Source: Camelus dromedarius (taxonomy: Eukaryota). Taken from it: a DNA stretch of 64,000 bases. This document shows, piece by piece, positions 52,114-64,000 of this stretch. Made by a program: the position numbers and the translations under genes. How positions within the stretch are numbered: position 1 is the stretch's first letter; every line of letters starts with the position of its first letter. Below the pieces are notes generated by a model. It ran no database searches and was not told where the DNA came from. It saw only the letters and a program-made list of their open reading frames with translations. Where the stretch lies: NCBI RefSeq assembly GCF_036321535.1, contig NC_087438.1, positions 2,172,001 to 2,236,000 of the forward strand. Reading direction: 5' to 3'.

Positions 52114-53029
52114 AAAGCGTGACTGAGCATCTTAGACTGAGAGGGAAAGCGCCCGCTGTTGGCTGCATGCAATGACCACAGAAGGACTGAGAATCACGAT
52201 CGTCACAAGATCCGCAGTCACAAAGCTCTAGCTCCCTCACCTGCCAGGTGTGCGGGGTCAGCAAAGACATTGCATCTGTGCACTGGGGTGTTTTCCTCGC
52301 TTGTGGAGGAGAAAGGATGGTGAAGAGTGTGACCTGTGGGGCTGGTGGGGCAACTGGCCTCTTAAGGAAGAGGAGAAATGGGTTATACGCTGGGGTCCCC
52401 CTGTTTGAAGCTGCAGGAAGGACAGGGACCAAGATAGGAAGCCACTCTCAGCCGTGGTCTGGACGCCGAGGGCTCACTGAGGTAAACCTGTCCCTCCCCA
52501 CACTCTGTTCTCTCCCGTCTTGCCCAGGGAAACTGAGTCAAGAGTGACTAAGTCTCATGACCAAGAGGACTTATGATCTGAGATCCCTCTCGACCAGAAC
52601 TTTCTGAGGCTACGGCACCCATCCCTCCAAGACGGTTGGAGACTAACCCGCCTCTGGCAGCGTCCAATAGAATAAACTCAGTTTCACCCAATAAATCTCT
52701 TTCTCCATCAATTCAACCCCTGCCTTGTCCTTGTTAAGGTAACTGATTAAAAAAAAAAAAAAAGAAGAATAAATAAATAAACTTGAGACCAAATGTAAAG
52801 GGACACAAAACTCAAATATGTGGTTTATTTAAAGCAGCTCATTCGTGGTCTGACCCCACACCCCAGCCCCAGTACACAAGCACAGGGGAGGGGAGCTTGG
52901 CCGGCTTCTGAGCAGATCGCTAAGATGGCTGAGATCACGTTTGCCCAGCAGTGTCACGAGGTCACGGAAAAAACCAACACAATATGCTCCTCCAAGCCCG
53001 CGCCATCTGAGCGCCAGCTCCCTGCCTAA

Positions 53030-53730
53030 GCGGAGCCCAGGGCGTGCGCGCAGAACAAAAGCAGCCCTCTGCTAATTGACTGAAAAATCAGCCCGGGGCC
53101 CCCTGGGAGGCGCAGGAGGCTGCGGCAGATGGAGGCTGCCCGGGCGCCGCGGCCCCGAGAGTGACTCCAGACCTGCCGCAGTCGTGGGTCAAACACCGCT
53201 GTGTCCCCGCGACACCAGCGGGGCGCGGCCAGGAGGGCCCCTCCGCCCCCAGCTCCTGGGGTGCTCGTGCGCGGGACGGGAGGGGGGTGGCTTGGCTGGT
53301 GGGTTTGTTCGGCTCCGTTTTTATAGACTTAGCCTCTAGCCCAGACACACGCTTTCCTCTGCTTTCTTTGATTCCGCTGATCTGAGTTAATTTGATTTCC
53401 GCATCTCAGGCCCCAGCTCCGGGGCTGTGACAAGTGGGCGGCAGAAGTGGCCGGGTGTGTGCTCGCTGCCGGCACTGTGCGTGCGTGCGTGCGCGTGTGT
53501 GTGCACCCGCACGCACCTCTCAGAGCACCGCTTAGCCACCCTGGCCGGGACGAGCGCTCTTCTGGCGAGAAATAAAACCCTGTGGCCGCTGCGGGTTGGC
53601 CGCTTAGGAGCCGCTTCAGTCACAGGCCTGCCCTGGCGGCCAGTGCACCTGATTAAGACCGCCTGCGCCCGCTCCTAAAGCCCGGCAGCGGGGCTCCTGG
53701 CGTCTGACGCTGAGAGACGCTGCGGAAGGG
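53030..53730. promoter_or_regulatory. CpG-island-like region (~700 bp), no linked coding exon seen
   Basis: Most sustained high-GC, high-CpG stretch in the window; no repeat recognised; NRF1-like 'tgcgcgca' near 53046. Confidence 0.6.
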
Positions 53731-54559
53731 AACTGACTGAAACCTGACTCCAGACTAACTGCAGCCCTTCACCTTTTAATGGGAAAAATAAACATCCAAT
53801 AGAACGAAGTGGGCATTTAATTCCACTTCCTAATCTGGAGAAAAACAAAACGGTTTGTTTTTGTCACATAATCCTTACATTTGAAAAAGCTTCAGTTTCT
53901 CCTGATATCATTAACTTCACAAGTATTAAAAGGGCTCCTTGCAAAATTATTAATTCAGACTCAGTATCTCACCTTACACAAATTTCTTCAATTTTGTCCC
54001 AAGTCAAGTTTCTATAGAAGGCACTTCATTGGTAAATTTTTAACTCCATCAGTGTGGTATTAAAAAAGTTATAAAATCTATACCAAGAGGAAAAATGAAG
54101 ACATTCCAGCCAGATTGAACATAGCTGATGATCTTTTAAAATTTAGCACATACTTTATAACTCTATGCATTTCTCTGTGAAGTTTATATGTATTCTAGCA
54201 ATAATGGCAAAATTTAATCATTTATAGTCGCCAAATGATTTCAACATTTTAAAAATTATAGACCATTATTATAACCATTCTAGAAAAAAATAACATGAGA
54301 GAAAATCGTGCATAATTCTGCAAAACAAACATTTTTATCATTTTGTCTATTCCCTTTACTTCTTTCATGCCGAAATTTTTATAAGATTAAATATAATCAA
54401 CCATGTTGCAGTCACTCATTTCACTTAACGTTATGACAATTTGCTTCTTCATGTTGCTGCAATTTTTATGATTATCTTTTTAATATTCTAGCAAATGACA
54501 TTCTCACAATTTAGCTATTCTGCTATTACTGGCCATTTGGGTTTTTTTCTCCTGGATTT

Positions 54560-55485
54560 TAATTTTTAAATCATCACACAGTAAGTCTCCCTTTTGTCGG
54601 TGTGTAGATTTGTGCAAACATTATCACAATCACGATACAGAACACTCACACTGAGAACCCCCCGCGGCCCTCCATCCATTTAGACCTGTAGAGTTGTGTC
54701 TCCTCTCCACTCCAACCCGTAGCAATCCTGGCCCCATCGTCATGGTTCCACCTGCTTGAGAATGTCAGATGAATATAAACAGCGTCAAGCAGCATTTTAT
54801 CTTGACTCTGGCTTCTCTCACTTTGAGCCTCACCCGAGTTGTGTGTATGAGGAGAGCCTGCCTCTTCACTGCTGAGCTGGAATCCTCAGTGTGGCTACCA
54901 GACCCAGCTAATCCACTCGCCTGGTGAAGGACACTCAGGCGTGTCCCTTGTTTGGCCATTGCAACTAGAGTTGCTATATATCTTTATGCACAGGTTTTTG
55001 TGTGAACATGAATTTTCATTTATCTGAAACAAATACCCAGGAGTGGAGTTGCTGACTCACGTGGTAAATATATAGGTAAATTTGTAAGAAAATGCCAAAT
55101 TGTTTTCCAGAAAGGCTGTATCACTTTTCACTGCAATCAACAATGCACGTTCTGGTTGCTCGACATCTTCACCAGCACTTGAAAATGTCTTGATTTTTTA
55201 TTCCAGCCATGTGAGAAGGTATGGAAACTCTCTCATCAAAATTTTACTTTGAATTCCCTAATGGTTAATGATATTGAACATCTTTTTATGTGCTATTTGC
55301 TTCCTTTTTGGTGAAATGTCTATCCAAATATTTTGCCCAATTTTAAATGGATTATTTTTAGTATTTTGTTTTGAAATATATATATTTCAAAATATATATA
55401 TTTTTCCTTATATTTTCTGGATACAAACACATATATATGTGTGTGTGTGAATGTGTGTGTTTGTATTTTGGATACAAGCCCATTT
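54560..55485 (-). mobile_element. Old L1 3' end (L1MB/MC-type), antisense
   Basis: 'caggtttttgtgtgaacat...aaatacccaggagtgg...tgccaaattgttttccag...tgatattgaacatcttttt...ttttggtgaaatgtctat'. Confidence 0.8.
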
Positions 55486-55489
55486 TTAT

Positions 55490-57693
55490 GTTTTTATTTT
55501 TTTATTTTTATTGAAGTATAGTCAATTACAATGTCTCAATTTCTGGTCTATAGCATAATAGCATAATGTTTCAGTCATACATATAAATATATATATATAT
55601 ACACGTATATTTTGTTTCACATTCTTTTTCATCATAGGTCACTGAAAGATATTAAATATAGTTCCCTGTGCTGTACAGAAGACACTTATTGTTTATCTCT
55701 TTTATATATAGGAGTCAGTATCTGCAAATCTCAACTCTCAATTTGTTTACTATGTCTGTGAGTCTGTTTCTGTTTTGTAGATAATTTCATTAGTGTCTTC
55801 TTTTTTCTTTTTTTAGATTCCACATATGAGTGATATCATATGGTATTTTTCTTTCTCTTTCTGGCTTCCTTCACTGAAAATAACAATCTCCAGGTCCATC
55901 CATGCTGCTGCAAATGGTATTATTTTATTCCTTTTTATGGCTGAGTAGTATTCTATTGTATAAATATACCACGACTTCTTTATCCAATCATCTATTGGTG
56001 GAAATTTAGGTTGTTTCCATGTCTTGGCTATTCTAAATAGTACTGCTATAAACATTGGGGTGCATGTATATTTTCGAATTAGAGTCCCCTCTGGATGTAT
56101 GCCAAGGAGTGGGATTACTGGATCATATGGTAAGTCTATTTTTTATTTTTTGAGGAATCTCCATACTGTTTTCCATAATGGCTGCACCAAACTACATTCC
56201 CACCAGCAGTGTAGGAGGGTTCCCTTTTCTCCACATCTTCTCCAGCATTTATTGTTTGTGGACTTTTGAATGATGGCCATTCTGACCCGTGTGAGGTGAT
56301 ACCTCATTGTAGTTTTGATTTGCATTTCTCTGATAATTAGGAACATTGAGCATTTTTCTTGTGCCTATTGGCCATTAGTATGTCTTCACTGGAGAATTGC
56401 TTGTTTAGGTCTTCTGCACATTTTTGGATTAGGCTTTTTTTTTTTTTTTTTTTTGGTCATTAATTTGTATGAGCTGTTTATATAGTCTGGAAATTAAGCC
56501 CTAGTCAGTTGCATCATTTGAAAATATTTTCTCCCATTCTGTAGGTTGTCTTTTTGTTTTGTTTATGGTTTCCTTTGCTGTGAAAAAGCTTATATGTTTA
56601 ATTAGGTCCCATTTTTTATTTTTGCTTTTATTTCTATTGCCTGGGGAGACTGCCCTAGGAGAACATTGCTGAGATGTATGTGAGATAGTGTTTTGCCTAT
56701 GTTTTCTTCTAGGAGATTTATTGTGTCTTGTCTTGTGTTTAAGTCTTTAAGCCATTTTGAGTTTATTTTTGTGTGTGGTGTGAAGGAGTGTTCTTACTTC
56801 ATTGATTTCAATGCTTCTGTCCAGTTTTCCCAACACCATTTGCTGAAGAGACTGTCTTTTTCTGCTCCACTGTCCATATGTCTGTTTTTGTGCCAATACC
56901 ACACTGTTTTGATTACTATAGCTTTGCAGGGTTGTCTGAATTCTGGGAAGGTTATTCCTCCAGCTTCATTTTTTTTCTTCAGTATTGCTTTGGCAATTCT
57001 GGGTCTTTTGTGAGTCCATATAAATTTTAGGATTATTTGTTCTAGTTCTGTGAAAAATGTCCTGCATAATTTGATAAGGCTCGCACTAAATCTGTAGATT
57101 GCTTTGGGCAGCATGACCATTTTAACAGTCTTAATTCTTCCAATCCAAGAGCATGGAGCATCTTTCCATTTGTTTAAGTCATCTTTAATTTCCTTAATCA
57201 ATGCTTTATAGTTCTCTACATATAAGTCTTTCACCTCTTTGGTCAGATATATGCCTACGTATTTTATTTTTTTGGAAGCAATTTTAAAAGGGATTATTTC
57301 TTTACTTTCTTTTTCTAACATTTCATTGTTAGTGTAAAGAAATGCAGCGGATTACTGTATGTTAATCTTGTATCCTGCTACCTTGCCGAATTCTGTTATC
57401 AGCTTTAGTAGTTTTTGTGTGGAGCCTTTAGGGTTTTCTATATATAGGATGATGTCATCTGCATATAGTGACAATTTTACCTCTCCTCTTCCAAGTTGGA
57501 TCCCTGTTATTTCCCTGATTGCTGTGGCTATGACTTCTAATGCTATGTTGAATAGAAGTGGTGAGAGTGGGCATCCTTGTCCTGTTCCAAATTTTAGTGA
57601 AGGCTTTTAACTTCTCACCATTGAGTACTATGCTGGCTGTGGGTCTGTCATAAATAGCTTTAATTATGTTGAGATATGTTCCCTCTGTACCCA
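55490..57693 (-). mobile_element. Relatively young 5'-truncated LINE-1 (ORF2 RT to C-terminus, 3' UTR, tail); non-functional
   Basis: Minus-strand ORFs '[28 protein letters not shown]', '[51 protein letters not shown]', '[44 protein letters not shown]' and '[15 protein letters not shown]' are canonical L1 ORF2; frameshifted. Confidence 0.97.
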
Positions 57694-57699
57694 TAAATG

Positions 57700-60330
57700 T
57701 CCAGTTTTAGACACGTGATTCAGAAGTGTGCCCCCTCAATGTGTAGCATGTATGTGGTTCTCATACCCTGCCTTTCAGAGAGCAAAGGTTTTGGTTTTGG
57801 TCATTTCATTTCTATCATCTTTTCCAGTGATTGGACCCTGTTTGGTGAGTTGTTGGTGTTCCCAGTGCAGCGTGTGCTCCGTGCTCCCTCTTCAGCCCTT
57901 TAATGCCATGAGGTGATACTATCTCTCTCATCCTTGGCATCGATAATGTGCACTTTTTATCTCTTTTTTGTCAATCTAGCTAGAGGTTTATCAATTTTAC
58001 TGAGTGTTTCAAAGAAGCAGCTTTCAGGGTTTTTTTTCTTTTTCTCTGTGCTTCCGCTTTGCATTGCATGGATTTCTGTTTTGTTTTCTTGTCCTTTGCT
58101 GATTTATGCTTATTTTGTTCTTCCTTTTCTGGCTTCTCAAAAAAAGAAGCTTGGATCTTTGATTTGAAACTTTTCTTGGTTTCTCACACACACTGCTAAT
58201 GCTATAAATTCCCCTCAAAGCACTGTTTTAAGTCCATCCCACAGATTTGATATGAAACACTTTTATTTTACTTTTGTTCAAAATGTTTCTAATGTCCTTT
58301 GATATTATTCATCCCGTGGATTATTTAGAGGTACGTTGGTTAATGTCTAAGTGTTTGGAGATTTTCTTGACATCTTTCTCTCATTGATTTCTAGTTTAAT
58401 CCTGTCGTGGTCTAAAAACATGTTTTGCATGATTTCAACTTTATTGAATGAGTAAAGTCTGTTCTGTGACTAGGAACATAGACAATCTTGGTGAATGTTA
58501 CACGTGCATCTGAAAAGAATGTGTACTACCTGCGGCAGTGGGCTGGTGCTCAGTCGTGGTGAGGTCCAGCTGGCGGGTGGCATTACTCTGCTCTTCCGCA
58601 TTCCTGGTGAACGTCTGTGTACAAGTTGTATCTGTTACAGAGAGATGCACTGAAGTCTCCGACTATAGGTGTGTGCATTTGTCTACTTCTCCTTTCAGTT
58701 TGCAAGTTTTTGCTTCATGTTGTCAGGTGTGTACATAATTAATATTGTTACGTCTTCTTAGGGAATGCAGCCATTTATCATTCTGTAATGTCCCCTTTAG
58801 CCCTGGCCGTTGTCTTTGCTCCACAGTCTACATCACCCGATGCCACTATTGCCACTCCAACTTTCTTTCCATCAGTGTTTCATGCTGTATCTTTCTCCAT
58901 CCTTTTACTTTAAATTGCCTGTATCACCATACTTTAAGCAAGTTTGTTACAGATAGCATATAGTCAGGTCATTTTTTAAATCCATTGTGATAATCTCTGT
59001 ATTTTTATGGGTATATGTGGACCATTTACATTTAAGGTAATTATTGATACATTTGAGTTTAGGTCTATCATTTCACTATCTGTTTTCTCTTTCTTCCTTT
59101 CATTTTTGTTCCTCAGTTTTCTGCCTTTGTTGGATTATTCACATTTCAGTATTCCATTCTAGTTCATCTATTGCAGTTTGACATTCTCTATCTATCTATA
59201 TCTATATGTCTATTTATAAATATATGGAATGTGTGTGTAACTTGTAGAGTTTTTCTCGAGATTATAATGTGTGTACTTAACTCTCCACAGCTTATTTAGA
59301 ATCAGTATTTCACTTTAGAAGCATATAGAATACCTTCTTCCTCTGCATTGTCTTACTATATTACACCAATATGTATTCAAATCTCTATCAGAAGATAAGT
59401 TTTGCTTTTAAGCATCAAACACATTTTGAAGATCTTAAGAGGAGAAGAGTCTATATTTACCCAGACATTTACCACTTCTGTTGTTCTTCCTTCATCTTTG
59501 TACTCAAATATTCCTTCATGTATCCTTCTCTTTTGGTTGAAGGCTTCCCTTGTAATTCTCTTGGAGTAGGTCTTTTCGCACCAATCTCTCTCATGGTTCT
59601 TCACCTGAGAATGTCTATTGTGCTTTCATTGATGAAGGCTGCTTCACTGGGTAGAACGTAAGGGTTGACCGATCTTTACCTTCAGCACTTTAGAGATGCT
59701 CTATGTCTTCCTCCTGTCTTCATTGTTTCTGATGAAAAACCCACAGTCTTTCTGATCATCTCCCCATAGAAAATGTGTCATTTTCAATTGGCGCTTAAAG
59801 CACTTAAAAAAATTAGCTTTTAGCATTTTTATTATTATGTGTCTTAGAGTGGATTTCTTTTGGTTTATCTTATAAAAGGTCACTTAGCTTATTCAATCTA
59901 TAAATTTATACCTTTAACTAAACTTGGGAATTTTTCAACTATTATTTCTTTAAAATTTTTAAACACCAGCCTCCTGTTCTTCTTCCCTGGTTATACACGT
60001 TAGAGCTTTGGTGACTGTTCCATAGGTCCCCGCATCACAGTTTTTTTTTGTTTGTTTGTTTATTTTTAATCGAATTTCTCTTTTAAGTTTCTGTTATTTT
60101 ACTTTTTAGTTATAAAATTTCTATTTGGATCTTCCTCTTCGCTTCCATTTCTGTATTCAGATTCTCTATCTTCTCATTTGTTTCCATAGTAATTATGGTT
60201 ATGTGTTGGAGCATGGTTATACTAGTTGCTTTAAAGTCTTGGTCAAATAATTCCAACGTCTGCATCATCTTGGTGTTGGCATCGGCTGCATGTCTTTATA
60301 CAAGAGAGCTGAATTCTCTGTCTCTTTCTA
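57700..60330 (-). mobile_element. Old fragmented LINE-1 (ORF2 N-terminal part and ORF1), antisense
   Basis: 'aatgctataaattcccctcaaagcactg' matches ORF2; minus-strand ORF 'KINQKKSTLRHIIIKMLK' matches the ORF1 motif PRHIIIK. Confidence 0.8.
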
Positions 60331-60349
60331 TGCCAAGAAACAAACAAAC

Positions 60350-63195
60350 AAACAAACATAAATCTGCCCTGGTGTTTCTTTGAGCTTTGCTGGATACCAA
60401 GACATAAGTTATATGTGTAGGATTAAACTCCACAAGTGTGGCAAAGATCGACAAATAAACAGATCCAAGCATAGGAGCCATGCAACTTATTAGCAGAGTG
60501 GAGAGTCTTTGCTGATCACTCAGGGTACCATTAGTGTCCAAAGACCCTTCAAGAGGATTAATGGCCCTCAAGCAGGAAAACCACACACAAAGCCACAATA
60601 AGACAATTCATAATAAAATATATGAAATCCTGCAATGAACAGAAAATCTTAAGCTCAGGCAGAGTAAAAAAGACACACTAGATAGAGAAGAAAAACTGTT
60701 TGTATTAGAGCAACTTTGCATGGAAAACAATTCGAGCCGGGGAAAATGGAACAGCATGCTTAAAGTGCTAAATTGTCCACGTAGAATTCCAACGTCAGCA
60801 AAAATCACTTTCAAACTAAAAAGAATAAAATATCTTGGAAGGGACATTTACCAGGGTAGTTCATACGCTGAGCTATAGAATGAGTCATTCAGCATTTTTA
60901 AATATTGAAGTTATACAAAGTATGTTCTCTGACATGACATGACATTTCTTCTAAAATGGATGTATAGATTCAATACAACCCCAAAACAAAACACAACAAA
61001 ACAAAAAAACTCCCAGCAGATGATTTTTATGGAAGCTGATATTCTGATTCTAAAAGGTATGTGGAAATGCAAAAAATCTGGCAGAACCAAAGCAATTTTG
61101 AAAAAAAGGAGAACAAGTTTTAAGCACTTGTCTTACTTGACTCTAAGATTTACCTTAAAGTTACAGAAATCTAGCAGTATGTAACTGGCATAGGAACAGA
61201 CATATATTAATTCAACAAAAGAAAGAATTCAATTATAAGCCAATGTATGGCCAAATGATTTTTCACAACAGTGTCATGGTAATCCAATGAGGAAAGGAAG
61301 CTCTTTTATAAAAATGGTGCTGCAAAAACTGTATAGTCATAGAATTAAAAAAAAAAAAAAAGAACCATGACACTTTGCTCACACCACACATAAAGTTACT
61401 TCAAAACCCAGCAGACATATATAGACACAGATGTAAAAGCTAAGAATACAGACTTTCTACTTGAAAACGGAGTAGAAAGAGATTGATTTTACCTCATCAT
61501 GTTCAAGAAGTTCTCAGGACACAAAAAGCATAAAACCTAGAAGAAGACTAAATGACAAAGTGGACGTCCTTGGCTGGCACTTTCTATCTGTGGTCTCCTT
61601 CCCCCAGATCCACAACCCCAGTCTGGTCGTCAAATCCCAGTTGAGGGATATTCTACAAAATATGGGACCAGCACTCCTCAAAGCTGTCAAAATTATCCGA
61701 ATGAAGAAAAGTCTGAAAAACTACCACAGCCAAGAGGAGTCACGTGGTGTCCTGGGTGGGATCCTGGGACAGAAGGGCAACATTGGTGAGAAAGTAAAGA
61801 AAACTGGATGGAGCACAGGGTTCAGTTATAATATCGCATAAATATGATTTGTTAACTGTGGCAAATGTGTACGCCGAAGGAAGACGTGGGCAAGTGTAAG
61901 ATGTGGAGAACTAGGTGCAGGAGATACGAGAACTTCCACGCTATCTTTGCAAGCTTTCTGTGAATCTACCTCTGTTTTAAGATAAGGCATTTGGAAAGTT
62001 AAAAAATGATAAAAATTCATCAAAATCAAAACTCTGTTCTTTTCTTATTTTTATTTTATATGTGTATGTATGTATTCATTTAAGTTATAGTCAGTTTACG
62101 ATGTTGTGTCAATTTCTGGTGCAGAGCAGAATTTTTCAGTCAGACACGAATATGCGTATATTCATTTTCACATTCTTTTTCACCATGAGCTACCACAAGA
62201 TCTTGTATATATTTCCCTGTGCTGTACAGTATAAACTTGTTTATCTATTCTACAAAACCCTGTTCTTTTAAAGACATGAGTGAGAAAATTAAAAGGCACA
62301 TCAGCAGTTGTGGGGAAATCTTCACAATACATGTATCTGACAGGTAACCTCTATCCACAACAGATAAAGACATGTACACATCAATAATATGAAGACATAT
62401 AGCTCAATTTTAATAAAAGGAGGGGGCTAACGATTGAACAGACATTTCACCAAAGAAGAGACAGCAATAGCCAACATGCACATGAAAAGATGCTCAACGT
62501 CATTAGCTATTAGGAAAATGCAATTCCAAGCCATGGTGAGAACCTGCTACACACTCATCAGAATGACTAACGTTAGGAAAGACTGTTAAGGCGATGTTTC
62601 AGTGGGGCTGGAGCCTCAGCATAGCTGGTAGCGGCATGAACTGGTACAACCACCTTGCAGAACAATTTAGCGGTTTCTTATGAAGCTAAACACTCACTTA
62701 CATGTGATTCAGCAATTCTGCTCGTAGGTGTTTACCCAGAGTCCTGTGCACAGATGTTCATGGCAACTTTGACAAATGTACCTCCCCAAACCGGAAGAAA
62801 CCCAAGTATCCGTCAACAGGTGGGTGAGAGTCACAGCGCCTCTAGTCAAGGGGACACTGCTGAGCAGCTAAAATGAACAGGTGCTCATACACACGAGGAG
62901 AGCAAAAGAACCATTCTGAGCAGAAGAGGGCAGGTTTGAAGGTGTAATCCCAGTTACACGGGCACAAGGGGACGAAGTGCTGTCAACAGTGACAGAAAAC
63001 AGCCAGTGGCTGCTGTGGCAGAGAGACAGGTGCGGGAGCCCACTGAGGACAGGACCTGGGGAATCTCTGGGACGATGGAAATTTTCTCCGTCATGACCGG
63101 GGTGTTGACTTCACCAGTGTACACCGTTTTCAAACCTCATCAAAATGTGCATTTTACTGTTTGTAAGTTATACCTCAGTAAAGTTGATTTTTAAA
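60350..63195 (+). mobile_element. Composite of old L1 fragments (ORF1/ORF2 pieces and L1MC/MD-type 3' ends)
   Basis: ORF 60939-61184 'MYRFNTTP...ADILILK.MWKCK...TKAILKK' matches ORF2; 61560-62000 and 63060-63195 resemble old L1 3' UTRs ('gtaagttatacctcagtaaag'). Confidence 0.75.
62043..62252 (-). mobile_element. Short camelid-type L1 3' tail with 16-bp TSD
   Basis: Antisense relative of the 51823-52113 element; TSD caaaactctgttcttt (62027-62042) / caaaaccctgttcttt (62253-62268). Confidence 0.85.
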
Positions 63196-64000
63196 AAATT
63201 CATAATCCAAGAAGATCAGCTCTGGAAGGAAAGTACAGAGAATGTTCTAACAGAACCCAGGGGAAACCCAGGGGGTGCTGGGAGCTGGAGTCGAGCGCAC
63301 ACGGTCAGCGGGCAAACGATTTAAGGATCTCCAGTGCTGAGGCAACACCAGAGAATGACTGACATGGTGATCTGTTTAGGGTACAGCTCATAGAAACAGT
63401 GTTTCTAAGCTTGGAAAAAAGTGTAATAGGGAGCTTGGGGCAGGCACAGATCTTTTAAAAAATGAGCAGGGCAGCCTGGTGTGACTGGCTGCCTACACCG
63501 TGTACCTGGAGGGGTTCCCGTCAATGTTGCTGTCCGTTGTCCTTGGGATGGGGGAACTGGAGCTCCCCGGAGAGTGCTGAAAACTTTAAAGCACTGGTAT
63601 GTTGGGGTGTTTTTAGAAACTTTGATTTGGTGTTAAGGGTAACCTGATGTGAGTTGCTTCAGAAAAATCAAGATGAACTCGCAGAACCAACTGTCAAATA
63701 ACGTGACTCGTGCTTGAGAGGCGGCCTCCCCGTCAGCAGATACAGACGCGTCTGCTTTATATGTCTTCATCTCTAAACAAGTTTGGAAGGCCTCCAAAGT
63801 TAGCATTGTTTGCACACCTGCACATGCACACACGCACCGGATGTGCACACAGAGAGCCAGGTGAGTGTGGGGTTCTGTGGTTTCTCATGTCCCCATCTCC
63901 TATCATATTTTAGGGAAATGAAAACAGCGCCAGTCCTTGGTTTGCTGGTAAAGTGTGACTTTTTGAAAACAAGAACAAGATGCTGTCTTTCTTTCTCTAA

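Noticed and set aside
56794..57321. Functional reverse transcriptase gene
   Set aside because: Fragment of a 5'-truncated, frameshifted L1 ORF2

Overview
Mammalian genomic DNA, most likely from a camelid (camel, alpaca or llama). The species call is an inference from two tRNA-derived Vic-1-like SINEs and artiodactyl-type L1 3' ends. I recognise no host protein-coding gene, RNA gene or CRISPR array. Every ORF with a recognisable product is a broken LINE-1 ORF1/ORF2 fragment, and the rest look like chance ORFs in GC-rich or low-complexity DNA. Roughly half the window is transposon debris: several generations of nested L1, plus L2, MIR, MLT1, MER5/MER20 and SINEs, densest at about 16-21, 38.5-46.5 and 54.5-63.2 kb. 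Between these blocks lie repeat-free stretches with CpG-rich patches and motif-dense segments that look like enhancers, consistent with a gene desert or a large intron. The most notable items are a pre-miRNA-sized perfect hairpin at 29.8 kb, an L1 whose 5' UTR joins directly to mid-ORF2, a chimeric L1 insertion inside one target-site duplication (TSD), serial L1 insertions at one target site, patchy AT-to-GC shifts in old repeats, and GATA/RFX/POU motif clusters. I found no convincing novel multi-gene system. Repeat boundaries and subfamily names come from recalled consensus similarity and are approximate.
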